A stretch of DNA of 64,000 nucleotides from Eledone cirrhosa (taxonomy: Eukaryota), in the NCBI GenBank assembly GCA_964016885.1, contig OZ024746.1:3720001-3784000 (forward strand). The letters run 5' to 3'. The notes beneath the pieces are model-generated. The model searched no databases, had not been told where the DNA came from, and saw only the letters and a list, made by a program, of their open reading frames with translations. This document shows positions 13,681 through 27,469 of this stretch, piece by piece (positions within the stretch are counted from its first letter, which is position 1; the number at the start of each line of letters is the position of its first letter). A program made the translations under genes and the position numbers.

Positions 13681-14303
13681 ATGGACTCTCTCGCCGCGGA
13701 CGACGGATGAGGGTCCAGAAAATATCATGTTATGTGCCCCATCAAACCCCATCCCTCCTCTTTAGGTTCGCACGCAACCCATCATGGGCTTGTGACCATG
13801 TTTCTATTGAAAGAGCACGAGGGATGATAGCAGCAACTCGATTTCGATTAATGCCATTGCTTGATACTTAAGCATGAGCTACACTGACGTGGCTTTTTAG
13901 TACTGCTAGGGTCTTACATATGGCCAAAGAGGAAGGTCATATTGAAGAATATTGTCCTAAGTACACTATGTATATAAAGACGATATCAGATGAGGAACGC
14001 TTCTGATAATATTTGTTTGCTATTGTTAGGCTCACGGGAGGCTGAACAACGAAAGCGACGACAACCTCCGTGTATTAATATTAGTGACCACATGTTATTA
14101 CAATTAACTAATGAGATACAACTGTTGATTTACTCCAAATAGTTAAACAGTTTACCCTCAGTGACACAACATGCACTAGTCTCTGTTAGAGGTAGGGGAC
14201 ATTTAAAGGGAAAAGTGTTTTCAGAAATAACAATAACATTCAGGAAATAAGTTTATAACTACATTTATATATGTCACTCCGTTCAAATGATTTTAGACAT
14301 CCT

Positions 14304-14441
<138 letters not shown>

Positions 14442-14880
14442 CAGGATGTTTGAAAGTCAAAGATATTTGGAAAATGTAAGCATAATGAAAGGTGTTAGGC
14501 AACTGTTCCCTACACATTTGCCTGAGTAACTTTCCATAAAGAAATAAACACATGTATATAATTCTTACATAGTTTCTTTCTTTCTTACCTCTTTCTTGCA
14601 TTCTCTACCGTTTCTATTGTTTTCAAAAGTCATTAATTCCCAATGCATTAACAATTAATATTTTTCTATGTTTTCAATTAGTTATTTTTCATAACAATTC
14701 TAAAGGTTGAGTGTACTATTAAGGCAAAAATAACTTACTCTACCATTTACGAGAAACGGAAACAGTTTGGTTTTAAAACATCATATCTTTCAGTGAATGT
14801 TGAGGTAATTAAAGAAAGTGGTCTGTAGATTGTCTTTGAGGTAGGAAACTATTAGCAAACATGATGGACAATTTGTAGTT

Positions 14881-14947
<67 letters not shown>

Positions 14948-16621
14948 TGGTTTTCTCGCTGCTTCGGTGTCGTAGCTAGGCTTGCCTGCCACAGTTTTCA
15001 ATTTATCATGCCGTCTAACGAATGTTATTACTCTGAGATTCCTCATGGAGTGCTTGGCTGCATAAATTCCTCATTGTATCTCTTTGGCTTAGCTATATAT
15101 GGGGGAGTCGTAGCTGCGCCGTAGGGCGTTTCTAGGGCATTTTAAAAAAAACCTGGCGGAGCCTATCCCTTTCCAGCTCAGAATACTGCAGATTTCTTCC
15201 AGAGAAGGATAAAGAATGAGAGAATGGAAGTGAAAAAGAAATATAGAGGAAAAATAGACCTTAGTACTTGACTGGTACTTTTCTTATCGACCTGAAAAAT
15301 GGATGAAGGGCAAAGTTGACCTCGGTAGGATTTGAACTCAGAGAGTAGAGAACTGAAACGAATACTGCAAGGAATTCTATCCGACTCTGACAATTCACCG
15401 CCTAAAATATGATAGTATTTAATGAGATAGAATAGTATTTAATATAATAGTTTTTAATGAAAAAATTCGGAAGTTTCCAGGGATTAACGACATGTTTCCA
15501 GAGATATTTTGCATTCTTTTACATTGAGCAGATTATTTGAATCTCTACCAGAAACAACTAAATGTAATATTTATTTCATCGGCCATGGATTAAATACGAC
15601 ACGAAACGTTGGCACCAATACGATTTGAATTAACGACTTTTAACTAGACACTGTTTTTTTTTTTATTGTAATGCTTATTCAGTTCATGTTCTACAAACCA
15701 TCCCTCCTTCCACCACCACCTCCACCCCTGCCTGCTCCTTCTTCTTCTCGTCCCCTCATTATCCTCTCAGCCTCCTCCACTATTTCTCCCCTACTCTCTT
15801 ATTCCTCCTACCAGCTCCTTATTCTTCTCCTCATCGTCACCTCCTTCTCCACCTCCACCTTTTCTTACCCCCCTCCTCCTCACCGCCTCACCCCCTTTAA
15901 CCTATTTATCCTACACCCCCTCCTACTACTCCCCCTCCACATGTACTGTTGTTCAAGTGACTTGCTTTAGATTGGACAACTGAAGAATTCTGCTTTACTC
16001 CCAACTAAACCAAATGACACTAAAATAAAGCTGACTAAAGTTTCCGTTTAGGGGTTAGCACTCCTTGCCACTTTAGCTAGCGTGCTTCTATTAGAGTCAT
16101 CAGTTGTGCGTGTATGTATGTGTCTATGTATGCTAAAAAGCCACATTCGATCGCAGCGCTGTTAGTTGCTATCGTGTGTGTGTGTGTGTGTAGATATGCT
16201 TATGTGTGTGTGTGTATATATATATGTATATGTATATTATTATTGTTGTTATGATTATTATTATTATTGTTATTAATGTATGTGTGTATATGTGAGTGTG
16301 TGTATATGTGTATGTATATGTATATATATATATATATATATATTTCTTTTTTTTTTATTTCTTTTTTTTTATTATTTATTATTATTATTATTTTTTTTTT
16401 TTTTCTTTCTCCTCGTGCAATGGCCATACTCGATAACGAGGGGGCAGCCATCATGTATGCATGTGTCTGAGTGGAGTGTGTATGTATATATATATATGTA
16501 AAAATATATATATATATATACAATATATTACACACACTCAGACACACTCACACACACATGTATGTATATATATATATATATGTTTGTGTGTGAGTGAGAG
16601 AATGTATGTATATGCATATAT

Positions 16622-16674
<53 letters not shown>

Positions 16675-16677
<3 letters not shown>

Positions 16678-16790
16678 CGAAGGAAGTGTGGTAAGGAACC
16701 AGGCGGACCATAACGCACCTGAGTACTCAATACATAGAGTCCAGAAATAGCCGTCGAAACGGATTGAGCTCTGCCGTCGGGGTCTTGAAC
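16675..16790. mobile_element. (TA)n-embedded terminus family with the 3' half of a hammerhead, 5' piece inverted
   Basis: GAAACGG..GAGCTC..GCCGTC|ggggtc on plus, tail on minus; homologous to 1543-1624, 41609-41754 and 63691-63827. Confidence 0.68.
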
Positions 16791-16807
16791 TATATATATA
16801 TATATAA

Positions 16808-16888
16808 GTTAAAACAGAAAACAAAAACAATAACGAAGAGTGCAGTACAAAGTGTTAGTATTAGGTTCACGCTTGAGAGTGGGGGCAT
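16808..16888 (-). repeat. Short (TA)n-associated interspersed repeat (also at 31947-32035; distant relative at ~3935-4015)
   Basis: Shared agttaaaacagaaaac...gcagtacaaagtgtta..attaggttca.gcttg.gagtggggg. Confidence 0.6.
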
Positions 16889-17112
16889 ATAAAGATTTAT
16901 ACATATGTACATACACACAAACGCATACACAAACGCACACACACACCGAACACACACACAGGCATGCACTACCCCCATCGCAAATATAGGACAAGGTCTC
17001 ATCCTCATACGTACATGTGTGCAACTCATATTAGACAGAGAGATAAACAGAAAGGGAAGTAGATAAAGAAGAATAGAGGAAGTAAGAACGGACGACGAGA
17101 GCAATGGTAACT

Positions 17113-17348
17113 CCTGGTGGAATGTTAAGGGGGCCGTAGTGACATACGGCATTTCTTGGACATTCTGAGCCTGGTGGAATGTTAAGGGGGCAGTAGTGAC
17201 ATACGGCATTTCTTGGACATTCTGAGCCTGGTAGAATGTTAAGGGGGCAGTAGTGACATACGGCATTTCTTGGACATTCTGAGCCTGGTGGAATGTTAAG
17301 GGGGCAGTAGTGACATACGGCATTTCTTGGACATTCTGAGCCTGGTGA
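17113..17348. repeat. 57-bp tandem repeat x4 inside a SINE tail
   Basis: cctggtggaatgttaagggggcagtagtgacatacggcatttcttggacattctgag. Confidence 0.92.
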
Positions 17349-18156
17349 AGCCCACCCTTCTCCACGTCTCAACACAGAAGATTTCTTCCACAGAAGGATG
17401 GAGACACAGAGAAAAGAAGTGAGAAAGAGATATAGAGGAAGAATCGACCCAGTGCTTGACTGGTACTTTTTTTAACGACCTTGAAAGAATGAAAGGCAAA
17501 GTTGACTTCGGTGGGATTTGAACACAGAAAGCAGAGAGCCGGAACGAATACCACAAAGCATTCTATCCGACGTTCTAACTCTGCCACTCTGCCCATTAGC
17601 TGCCCTACCATGCAATAATTAAACCTTAAACAAACGTACAACACTGACGGAGATCTGCAAACAGAAACTAAATTTTTTCTTGGTATTTTTCCATGTATAT
17701 AATTGTACATTCAGTCATGTAATAGCTTTCAAGAGTTGTTTGCCGGTACTTAACTATGATTTATTTATGCAGAAGCCATTCCTGGAAAAATTTCAATCCG
17801 CCGAATCAACATTGCATTTCATCCTTACGGGGGTCGATAAAATAATGTACCCGTCATGTACTGGGTCTATGTAATCGACTTTCTTCTCTGCACACATTTG
17901 TGCCATTATTTTAATTTTCTTAATTAGTGAATAACTTACTCTCTAATCTCTTAAGTCTGTCTGAAGCCAGGAGGCTTGCTAGGCTGGTGTTTATCCCGGG
18001 TTTGTGGCGAGAAGCGACTGATAGTATAAGACCTCCTCCATGGACACCCACGTCCTTCCTCAGTCATCTCCCTTTCAGTGAGTGACGGAAATATATATAT
18101 ATAAATATACACACATTTGCTATTATTATAGTTAGTGATGTGCAGTGTTCTGCGCC

Positions 18157-18335
18157 CAGTGACGGATTTAGGATAAATGAGGCCCTTTGCTAATCAAGTT
18201 ATGAGGCCCCTTACTAGGGCCCTGAAGGAGGTAAACCGGTAAAAAAAAACAGTTAGGCAGGAAGACGGTTCCTTTCCCCTGGCCAACGGGGCCCCGTGTT
18301 TACGCACAGCTACGCAGAATGGTAAATCCGGCACT
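18157..18335. mobile_element. GC-rich MITE with CAG-type (hAT-like) termini
   Basis: cagtgacggattta ... taaatccggcact; subterminal ggccc motifs; no clear TSD. Confidence 0.55.
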
Positions 18336-18961
18336 CACTGCCCCAAGAGGAGTTGTGAATATTGATGTCAACGAGAGAGATGACGTCAAAAAGAATAGAA
18401 GAGCAGCGTTAGATATATGTTCTCGCTATTTGATGTGAGCTAATCGCTGGAATGGCTCTTACCATCTCCCTTACCATCTCCCTTACCATCCTCCGGAGAA
18501 ACGCCTTCTCCATCCTGTCCGCCGGGGATGTGGGGAGGCCCCATTTGCTCGCCATACAGATTAATAGGCAGAGTTATAAACTATTGTAATTACATTAATA
18601 ACACGCTACTAAACTTTGTTATCAGAGGAATAACTAGAAGTCTTCGTTGCTGATTACAGATTACGTAGAAGAATGGTTACAAGAATGTATTTTATATACC
18701 TGCAGACACTACATTTGTGAACAATGCTGAAATATATGGGGTAGCCGGCACATCAGAGATTTGCTGGACATAGACAAATATAATGTCTTGGTGGGGAACA
18801 GGATATATGTTTGTGTGGTAGCAAAAGATGAGTTGGATTCAAGATGAGCCGAAGTTTGGTGATGTTGATTTATTGAAGAGAAATATCAAATAGATTGAGC
18901 GTTTTACATGTTTGATTATATTTCACCTGAACACACCCTACACACATATGTATTGTATGCT

Positions 18962-19002
<41 letters not shown>

Positions 19003-19093
19003 GGGATAACAAGTTATCGTTTTTGGTAATGCAGTTAGAGGTTGTGAGTACTATGGATGGTTTTAACGTACGGCGTAGTTTGACTCAACAAGA

Positions 19094-19208
19094 TTACAGT
19101 ATTCCGATGATTTGATCACACACTGTATTTAAGGTCGAGTGACGCAATTTCTACTGATTAGCAGCCTTTAGACTCACCTGATCAATGAAACAATTGTTAA
19201 TACTGTAA
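19094..19208 (+). ncRNA. Type I hammerhead ribozyme, CCGAUGA core, long loop II
   Basis: ttacagtatt-CCGATGA-t-TTGATCA...TGATCAA-t-GAA-ACAATTGT-T|aatactgtaa: perfect 10-bp stem I. Host element ~19002-19260 lies between TA tracts. Confidence 0.78.
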
Positions 19209-19256
19209 ATAAAACCCTTTTTGTACAGCCGACCATGTTATTCTTCACTCTTTCAC

Positions 19257-19323
<67 letters not shown>

Positions 19324-19610
19324 TATAAATGAAAGGTATAGAAAACATTGTAGCGAAAAGCCAACAGTATTCCATAATATATAAGTGACTATAGCGTCAA
19401 AATGGGAAAATAGTTAACGTAAGATGTGGGAAAAATAATTCAAACTCATCTCAGAGAGAACCAGGATATAGATTTATCCAACAGAATTTAGTGAAATCCA
19501 GGGAAAAATCAATAGAGCCTTAACTCATGATAAAATAAAGTTTAAAATACTCATCCTTCAATTTGGAAAAACTTCAAATGCTCTGTATAGTCTTAAAGAC
19601 TATTTCACGA

Positions 19611-19678
<68 letters not shown>

Positions 19679-21136
19679 TGTGTGTGTATCATATGTAATA
19701 TTTATGCATATATCATGTGTAATATATGTATGTCTTCTCTCTCCCCCCACCCCCTTCCCATTCCAACACTCAGAAACACAATATATACATATTGGTGAAA
19801 GTAAGAGGATGAACGTATATTCCAGACAAACTATGTACAACTTAATGTTGGTTTCCAGTTGAAGCTATTCTTATCAAGTTAGTATCCCCAGGACAAACAT
19901 GAATATCAGACTATATAATTTCCTCATAGTTAAACATTATAATTATATAAACAACAAATATTTTTACCGAGCACACATCAAAGCTTTCTTTGAGTGAACC
20001 TATAATTTATGTTGGTGGTTGGACTATTTTTCTATTTAGATAATTGAAGAGACTAACTTAGAGATCTATATACCTTTAGATGTATTTGCAACAAATCTTT
20101 AAAGGAGCAATAAATATAGTTTACAGTTTACACCATTGAAATGTGCAACAGAACATAATCTATGTCTTCTGAACTCCATATTAATAATGTAGTAATGTTA
20201 CTTATTTTCTCGATGTAGGATAAATATTGAAAATCATAACAGAACCTAACAGAATTATAATTCAGAAAAGTAAGCCAACAAATTAAGTCAGCTGTTAAGA
20301 TAAGCCAACAGATTTCAATATAACGATAAAGGTGTTAATCGAGTATCAGTTGATACACTCTCTAGGAAAATGACATAGTGAAGGCGGGAAGGGACAGTTT
20401 AAACAGATGCATAGCAGTATACTGCTGGTAACTTTGATGTCTTCTCTTGGGTTTGAACTAAAATTTTGCTGGAATTGACATAACATCGAATCAGAAGGGT
20501 TTTTTATATAGGCACAAGGCCAGCAATTTTGGGGGAGTGGAAAGTCGATTAAATCGATTTATTTTATCGACCCCGTGAGGATGAAAGGCAAAGTTAACCT
20601 CGGCGGGATTTGAACTCAGATCATAAAGGGCCGTAACTCTATGCTGCAAAGCATCAGAATAAAAACAAATATTTCAGTTAGAAACTGTGATTATTTATTT
20701 CAAAATAAATAGAATTACTCGTTCGTTGTTAACTAAAATATTACACTCTGGATAATGTACAAGGGGCATAACTGTGTTATTTATGTTTAATGGTATAAAA
20801 AACAATAACAAACAAAAAAGAAAACAAATGATTTTTTGTCACATCTACATTGGGAAACGAACAACATGGATTCCATGATAGCTAGATTTCCTCCTTACAA
20901 CAACAGAATACAGCAGTTTATTGGGTTGGGAGGCCTCAGACAACAGTCAAAGCATGATTTGTATTTAGTCCTTGGCACAGTACTGAGTCAATTGATTGTT
21001 CACATAGATGCCCGTATGTAACACAGATGAATTAAAAAAGAAAGAACATATTGAATCATGTATTCATAAATATACTATATAAATATATAAATATATTATG
21101 TATCAATACAAATGAGGAGAACATAAGCCTGCAGCA

Positions 21137-21783
21137 GCACCACCACCACCACCAATATCACTACCACCACCACCACTACCACCACCACCGATATCACTAC
21201 CACCACCACCACCATTACCACCACCACCACCGATATCACTACCACCACCACCACCATTACCACCACCACCACCGATATCACTACCACCACCACCACCATT
21301 ACCACCACCACCACCGATATCACTACCACCACCACCACCACCACCACCACCACCACCACCAATATCACTACCAACACCACCACCACCACCACCACCAATA
21401 TCACTACCAACACCACCACCACCACCACCACCACCACCACCACCACCACCAATATCACTACCAACACCAACACCACCACCACCAACACCACCACCACCAC
21501 CACCAACACCACCACCACCACCACCATCACCACCACCAATATCACTACCAACACCACCACCACCACCACCAATATCACTACCAACACCAACACCACCACC
21601 ACCAACACCACCACCACCACCACCAACACCACCACCACCACCACCACCACCAATATCACTACCACCACCACCACCACCACCACCACCACCACCACCACCA
21701 CCACCACCACCACCACCACCACCACCAATATCACTACCAACACCACCACCACCACCACCACCACCACCGCCGATATCACTACG
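21137..21783. repeat. Compound (CAC)n repeat with a recurrent atatcactac interruption
   Basis: Seen directly; gives spurious poly-His and poly-Val ORFs. Confidence 0.92.
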
Positions 21784-22019
21784 AGAGTATTTTCAAAGAT
21801 GTTCCAGTCATGGTTACGTAATCCTTTATATTTTTTTAAGACGGTATGGTGTGATTCGAGAGGGACTTGGCTGCTATATCTAGCACATCAAGTAACAATA
21901 TAGAGGTGCTACCCAGTCTGTCAAGTGTATAAATAGACTGTATTGGCTGTTGTTTAGTTCCATGTCAGACCTGAGTGATACAACACCCGACACAATAGAA
22001 TGATAGATTAATATATAAA

Positions 22020-22255
22020 ATAATTGTTTCTACTTTTGGCACAAGGCCAGCAATTACCCAGTACATTACTGGTACTTTATTTTATTGACCCCTTAAGGAT
22101 GAAAGGCAAAGTTAACCTAGACGGGATTTGAACTCAGATCGTAAAGGGACCTAACTATGCTGCAAAGCCTGGCGTCCGACCCTCTACCGATACTGCCAAT
22201 CCACCGCCCTAGCATGGCGTCCGACCCTCTACCGATACTGCCAATCCACCGCCCT
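22020..22255 (-). mobile_element. Meta-like SINE with duplicated 5' head
   Basis: tggcgtccgaccctctaccgatactgccaatccaccgccct occurs twice in tandem. Confidence 0.8.
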
Positions 22256-23569
22256 TAATATATAAAATAATAGAGAAACATTAAATAGGTTTTGAATAAC
22301 TCGTCTATTAAACAGAACGCTGCCAAATAGAAAGGAATTAGTCGAAGAATGCAATCATAATGAATGCATGGGTCATAACAAAGAGAACGAATCAATGGTG
22401 TTGTTGTCTGAAATATGTACCTAACATGATGAATCTTATTGTTGGCATGATGAAACTTACCAAGACAAAAGGAATCACTACCCAATGGGTTCCACCTTCA
22501 AAATATCTGCTCCACAACATTCCATTACCTTTTTTTCTTTGGTTTTTGTTTGTTTTTCTTCATTTACTTCTCACATTCAGTTTAGCCATGTTCTGGATTT
22601 TTTTCGGTTTTTTTTTCTTTTTGTTTACATCTTTCCTCACAAGATTGATATGACTCCCTCTAAGATAAAAGGAATTATCGTAAGAGCTGATTGTTACTGA
22701 ATACATCTAAGGAATTCAAAGTGGTTTGTAAATGAGAATTCACAAAATACTTAATAAATAATTGTTAGATTCGCCAGCAGGCAGTGTTAACAGAAATGAA
22801 AATAAAAATACAAAAAATAATAGAAAGGAAATTGTTTTCAAAAGAAGGGTAAATACGTTGTTTGATTTACTAATTCCTTCTCAGAAACTTCCTTCTTTTT
22901 AATCTTTCTAAGGCTCGATGTATAGAATTTCCGTGATCCTTCCACGATATTTTAGTCTTAATCATCTACTATAAATCCATTTAGAGGATTTGGTCCACTT
23001 CTTGACTAGTCATTTTTTTTATTAATGATCTTCAAAACGGTAAAAGGCAGTCGCTTGATGGGACCGGAAACCAGAAAGCAAAGGGTTCTGATTAATTACC
23101 ACAATGATTACCCTAATAATATAATTAAGGTCTAGACCTAATATCGTATTTTTGTTGCTTAGCCCACTCAGAGTAAGCAGGCATATGATCAAAGATGCGA
23201 TCATACCTTCATATTTCAGACATTGCGTACCATTATTCAATGTGTCACTTTCATTTTCATTTTCAAGATGGTTGCTTGTGATTTGAGGGAGATTTGTCTA
23301 CTATTTCTAATATCAAATCAGTTGTTACAGTCTCTAAAAAATGTAATTCTTTCACGAATCACAGAGATTCACAAAATCGCCGCAAAACACTAGCTTTGGA
23401 AGCGTCAAGAAATGTTAAACTGCGGCTGATAGAAACAATATATACCGAAACATATTGGAGGACTTAATAATATTCCCAGGGATTTAACAATATGCCAGAA
23501 ACACTTGTAAATTCATGATACTTGAACTGATATTCCAATACATCAATTCATCCAGTTCCAATAATTATA

Positions 23570-23900
23570 AGACTTGGACACTGGCCAAGAAACTCACTCA
23601 GATGGTGGATGGGGGCTACACGAGAATGCTGAGGATGGCTCTGAACATTAATTAGTATACACTGAGGATGACGAACTCAGAGCTGTACGGGAGCCTCCCA
23701 AAAGTCAGCTCGAAAGTGACACAGAAGAGACTGAGGTTAGCTGGACATTCTCACCGACATCCAGAGTTGACATTGCACTAAGTGCTCCTGTGGGAGCCCC
23801 TGCATGGATACACTGGAAGAGGAAGATGTTGATGCCCAAAGGAGACGCAGGACATGGCAGCGATAATGAGGGACAGAGACCGCTGGAGAGAACTCGTCCA
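23570..23900 (+). mobile_element. Decayed RTE-X-like LINE fragment
   Basis: TWTL...DGGYTRMLRMALNI, ELYGSLPKVS, RLRLAGH, RHPE, LLWEP.HG across frameshifts. Confidence 0.72.
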
Positions 23901-24171
23901 TGGATCTCGGGAATTTTACCCACCCTAGATAGATGTATTAATTAAATCAGAAACCCGATGGAGACTAAACAGGATAAAATTCAAGGAATACAGCGTGTAT
24001 CTGTTTTTCTTATTGATATTATTTAGCCTAAGGTCAGTTTTAATCTAGCAAACCTATGTGACCCATCTGTTCCTTCAAGCAGCATACTTCAGTATCTCAG
24101 GTATCCTTTCTATTTTTAGGCAGTAGTATATAGTTTACCGGAGGTTAGACTGTTCTGCTAAACCTAACAGG

Positions 24172-24497
24172 TGAAGGTGCGTGGCTTTGTGGTTAGGGTA
24201 TTCGACTCACGATCGTAAGGTTATGAGTTCGGTTCCTGATGGTGTGTTGTGTCCTTGAGCAAGACACTTTATTTCACGTTTCTCCAGTCCTCTCAGCGGA
24301 CAAAAATTAGTTGTACCTGTAATTCGGAGGAAAAGCCTTGTCACGTTCTGTGTCACTTTGAATCTCCCTGAGAACTACGTTAAGGGTACGCGTGTTTGTG
24401 AAATTCTCACCCACTTGCACGTTAATTTCATGAGCAGGCTGTCCCGTTGATCGAGGCAACAGGAATACTCGTCGTCGTAACCGACGGAGTGCCACTA
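24172..24497 (+). mobile_element. tRNA-derived CORE-like SINE with a different 3' body
   Basis: gcgtggctttgtggttagg, gagttcggttcc, gtgtccttgagcaagacactt; interrupts an older repeat. Confidence 0.78.
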
Positions 24498-24722
24498 CAT
24501 TATCTAGCAGGTAGAACATCCTCACAGTTTAACGGAGGAGAGACTGGTGTGCTATGTCTAGCAGGTAGAGTAACCTCATAGAAGTTCTCACGTTAGCTAG
24601 AGTCTAGGTATCTCTATCTCAAATTAACTCAATTTAAAAACTCTTCTTCTGAGAAGTGAATTGTCCAACAGGATCATTGTTGTAAATGTTTACCAGTTCG
24701 ACATGACACCTGTGTGTCATGT

Positions 24723-24818
<96 letters not shown>

Positions 24819-25317
24819 ATTTTTGAATTTACATCACTCATCACTCTCAGTTTCTCTCTTTGTCGTGAGGGGGTAACGAAAATAAGGGAGTGGATAAGAA
24901 AGAGAGAGGTATATAGAGAGGGTGAAAGTGAAAGAGGGAGAGAGACAGACAGTGAGGAGGACAGAAAGGGGGAGGGAGAGAGGCAGAGAGAGATTGGGAA
25001 AACAAAGAAAAAACAAAACCAGAAACAAAATAAAGCAGAAAGCCAAACTGTGTGTATGTGTGTATTGGTGTGTATGTGTGTATGTGTGTATTGGTGTGTA
25101 TGTGTATAGGTGTCTATGTATTTGTATGTGTATGTGTGTGTGTGTGTGTGATGGGGCGTTGTAGGAGGGTACTCATGCGGGGTTTTAAGAAAAAACTGAA
25201 ACTCTTCCCTTTGAAGTAAAGTTAAGGAATTTCACCGGAATGTTTTGCGAAGAATGTAAGGCATCAGTCTATTTCTGTATTGTAAATTCCACACACACAT
25301 ACACACTGGTATATACA

Positions 25318-25368
<51 letters not shown>

Positions 25369-25482
25369 GTGCGCACGCACACATAAATACGAGCACACAT
25401 ACACGCACACATACAAGCACATATACACAGACACGCACATACAAAAAGGAGCACACATATACGCGCGCGCACACAGACAAAT

Positions 25483-25513
<31 letters not shown>

Positions 25514-25530
25514 CACACACATACACACAT

Positions 25531-25561
<31 letters not shown>

Positions 25562-25778
25562 CACACACATATATATACGCATAAAGACGGACAAGTGTAG
25601 ACATATGTAGACATAACACTGAAAGAAAGAACCATTCTTCAATAAGGAATAATTTCCGACTCTCAACATAGAGAAGTGAGAAAGAGATATAGAGGAAGAA
25701 ACGAGCCCCAGTATCACACTGGTACTTTTGTATCGACTCCGAAAGTTTGACAGGCAAAGTTGACCGCAGTGGGATTTG

Positions 25779-25850
<72 letters not shown>

Positions 25851-25904
25851 ATAGTATATATATAGTCTTTAATGTGAAACCTCGCTTTGTTTTCAATATA
25901 TACC

Positions 25905-26234
25905 CACGACATCATGATCGTAAGTCTAACACCCTTACCACTAGGCCACGCGCCTCTACTCATTCTCACCGAGGATACTTTATAGAAATATCAAATCAAA
26001 CCCAGTACATGATTGCTACTTTGTTTTATAGATCCCAACCCATAAATCTGAAAGGTAAAGTTTACCTTACCAGTATTTAGAATCAGAACGTAAAGGGTTG
26101 TTAAGTTGTCTGGTGCTCTACCGATCTCATCACTTCACTGCCGTGTCGATAGTATGTCGCACTACCAACCGAAAGTCCTGTAGTTCCCATATTTCAACCG
26201 GTATATAATAAAACTCATACCTAAGACACATGAT
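25905..26234 (-). repeat. Inverted 330-bp duplicate of 1991-2320
   Basis: Near-identical reverse complement with only a handful of substitutions. Confidence 0.88.
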
Positions 26235-26654
26235 TTCAATAACTACAACATTCTATCTAGATAATTATTATTAACAGTATCGGTAGAGCGTCGGTCAATA
26301 TGTTTTGTAGCATATAGTTTCACCACTTTACTGTCCTGATTCATCCTTATGGAGAAGTAAAGTACCCGTATAAGGTTGATTTGATTTACCATCTCCCCCA
26401 AAATTGTTGGCCTTGTGCCTAATTCAGAAAGCATTATTATAAACAATATTTAATACAATAAAACAACATTATTAAGGGTGGATTGGCAACGACAGTGAAT
26501 TGGCAGTATCGGTAGCGGGTCGGACGCCATGCTTTGACGCACAGAGTTACGGCCCTTGCCATTCTGGGTTCAAATCCCGCCGAAGGTAACTTTTCCTTTC
26601 ATCCTTACGGGGTCGAATATTTCAACGTTTTTTGAAATATTCACTTCTGCGTTC

Positions 26655-26835
26655 ACAGATTGACTTTGTTAGTTTCAGAAGATCCCGTTAAGGGTGAAAG
26701 CAGCGATTCTTTGCTTAAACTTTAATCTGTTATTTTAATAAATATTTGCTCTACGGTTATTATATATTTGATATATATTTATCCTTATCGAGCCCTCTTT
26801 GGATTTTAGTCTTCAAATTTGTTATTATTACTATA
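26655..26835 (+). mobile_element. Terminus with hammerhead-like fold, variant core CAGAAGA (26671-26721)
   Basis: agttt-CAGAAGA-t-CCC-gttaa-GGG-t-GAA-AGCA...TGCT-T|aaact. Confidence 0.6.
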
Positions 26836-27058
26836 TATATAGTGGTAGAACACTGGAAGGTAATATCCGTAGTGGTAGAGCACTCAGTCCATGGGACGAG
26901 TTAGGTAGAAGTGGTTACACAACAGTTAGTTTACCATACCGAGAACAATTGTTTCACCTTAGCGAATCCTCAGCTCGTAATGTCCATTACGAGCTGAGGA
27001 TCCGCTAAGGTGAAACAATTGTTCTCGGTATGGTGAACTAACTGTTGTGTAACCACTT
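26835..27058. mobile_element. Palindromic hammerhead-bearing mini-element (arms 26909-26982 and 26985-27058, tail 26835-26908)
   Basis: Near-perfect ~74-bp inverted repeat with a 2-nt spacer; short TA tracts at both ends. Confidence 0.75.
26990..27027 (+). ncRNA. Minimal type I hammerhead (mirror copy at 26940-26977, minus)
   Basis: cgag-CTGAGGA-t-CC-gctaa-GG-t-GAA-ACAATTGT-T|ctcg. Confidence 0.75.
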
Positions 27059-27067
27059 ATATATATA

Positions 27068-27190
27068 TAATATAGTTTCCATTTATTAATATATTGAATA
27101 TTTACTCCACTAAACTGTTGAGTGCTTTATATCAGTTATACAATTTTTAACCTTGTTGAATCCCAACAAATTAAATATAACCTCTGCATA
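27068..27190 (+). mobile_element. 3' tail only of the 29870-30321 family
   Basis: Reverse complement of 29870-29992; ends in (TA)n. Confidence 0.7.
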
Positions 27191-27197
27191 TATATAT

Positions 27198-27243
<46 letters not shown>

Positions 27244-27469
27244 TATATATATATATCAGGGGCGGTGGAAGCATTTCTGAACTGGGGGGGGGGGGCAAAT
27301 TTGGACATATTAGCTGTAGTGAGTAGTTTAGCTCTTTGCACTCTAAAATGGTCAGAAAATGTGGACATGCGATAAACATATCACGTACATAAATTGTAGA
27401 ACATATCGCAATAGATGTGTTTTGGTAGTTTGGGGAGAAAATATAATATATGTACGTGCGTGTGTATGT

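Noticed and set aside
16790-17365. 191-aa ORF with 19-aa repeats
   Set aside because: Arises from a 57-bp tandem expansion within a SINE tail.
21051-21821. 256-aa poly-His ORF and antisense poly-Val ORF
   Set aside because: Entirely a (CAC)n compound repeat, with no unique domain or splice support.
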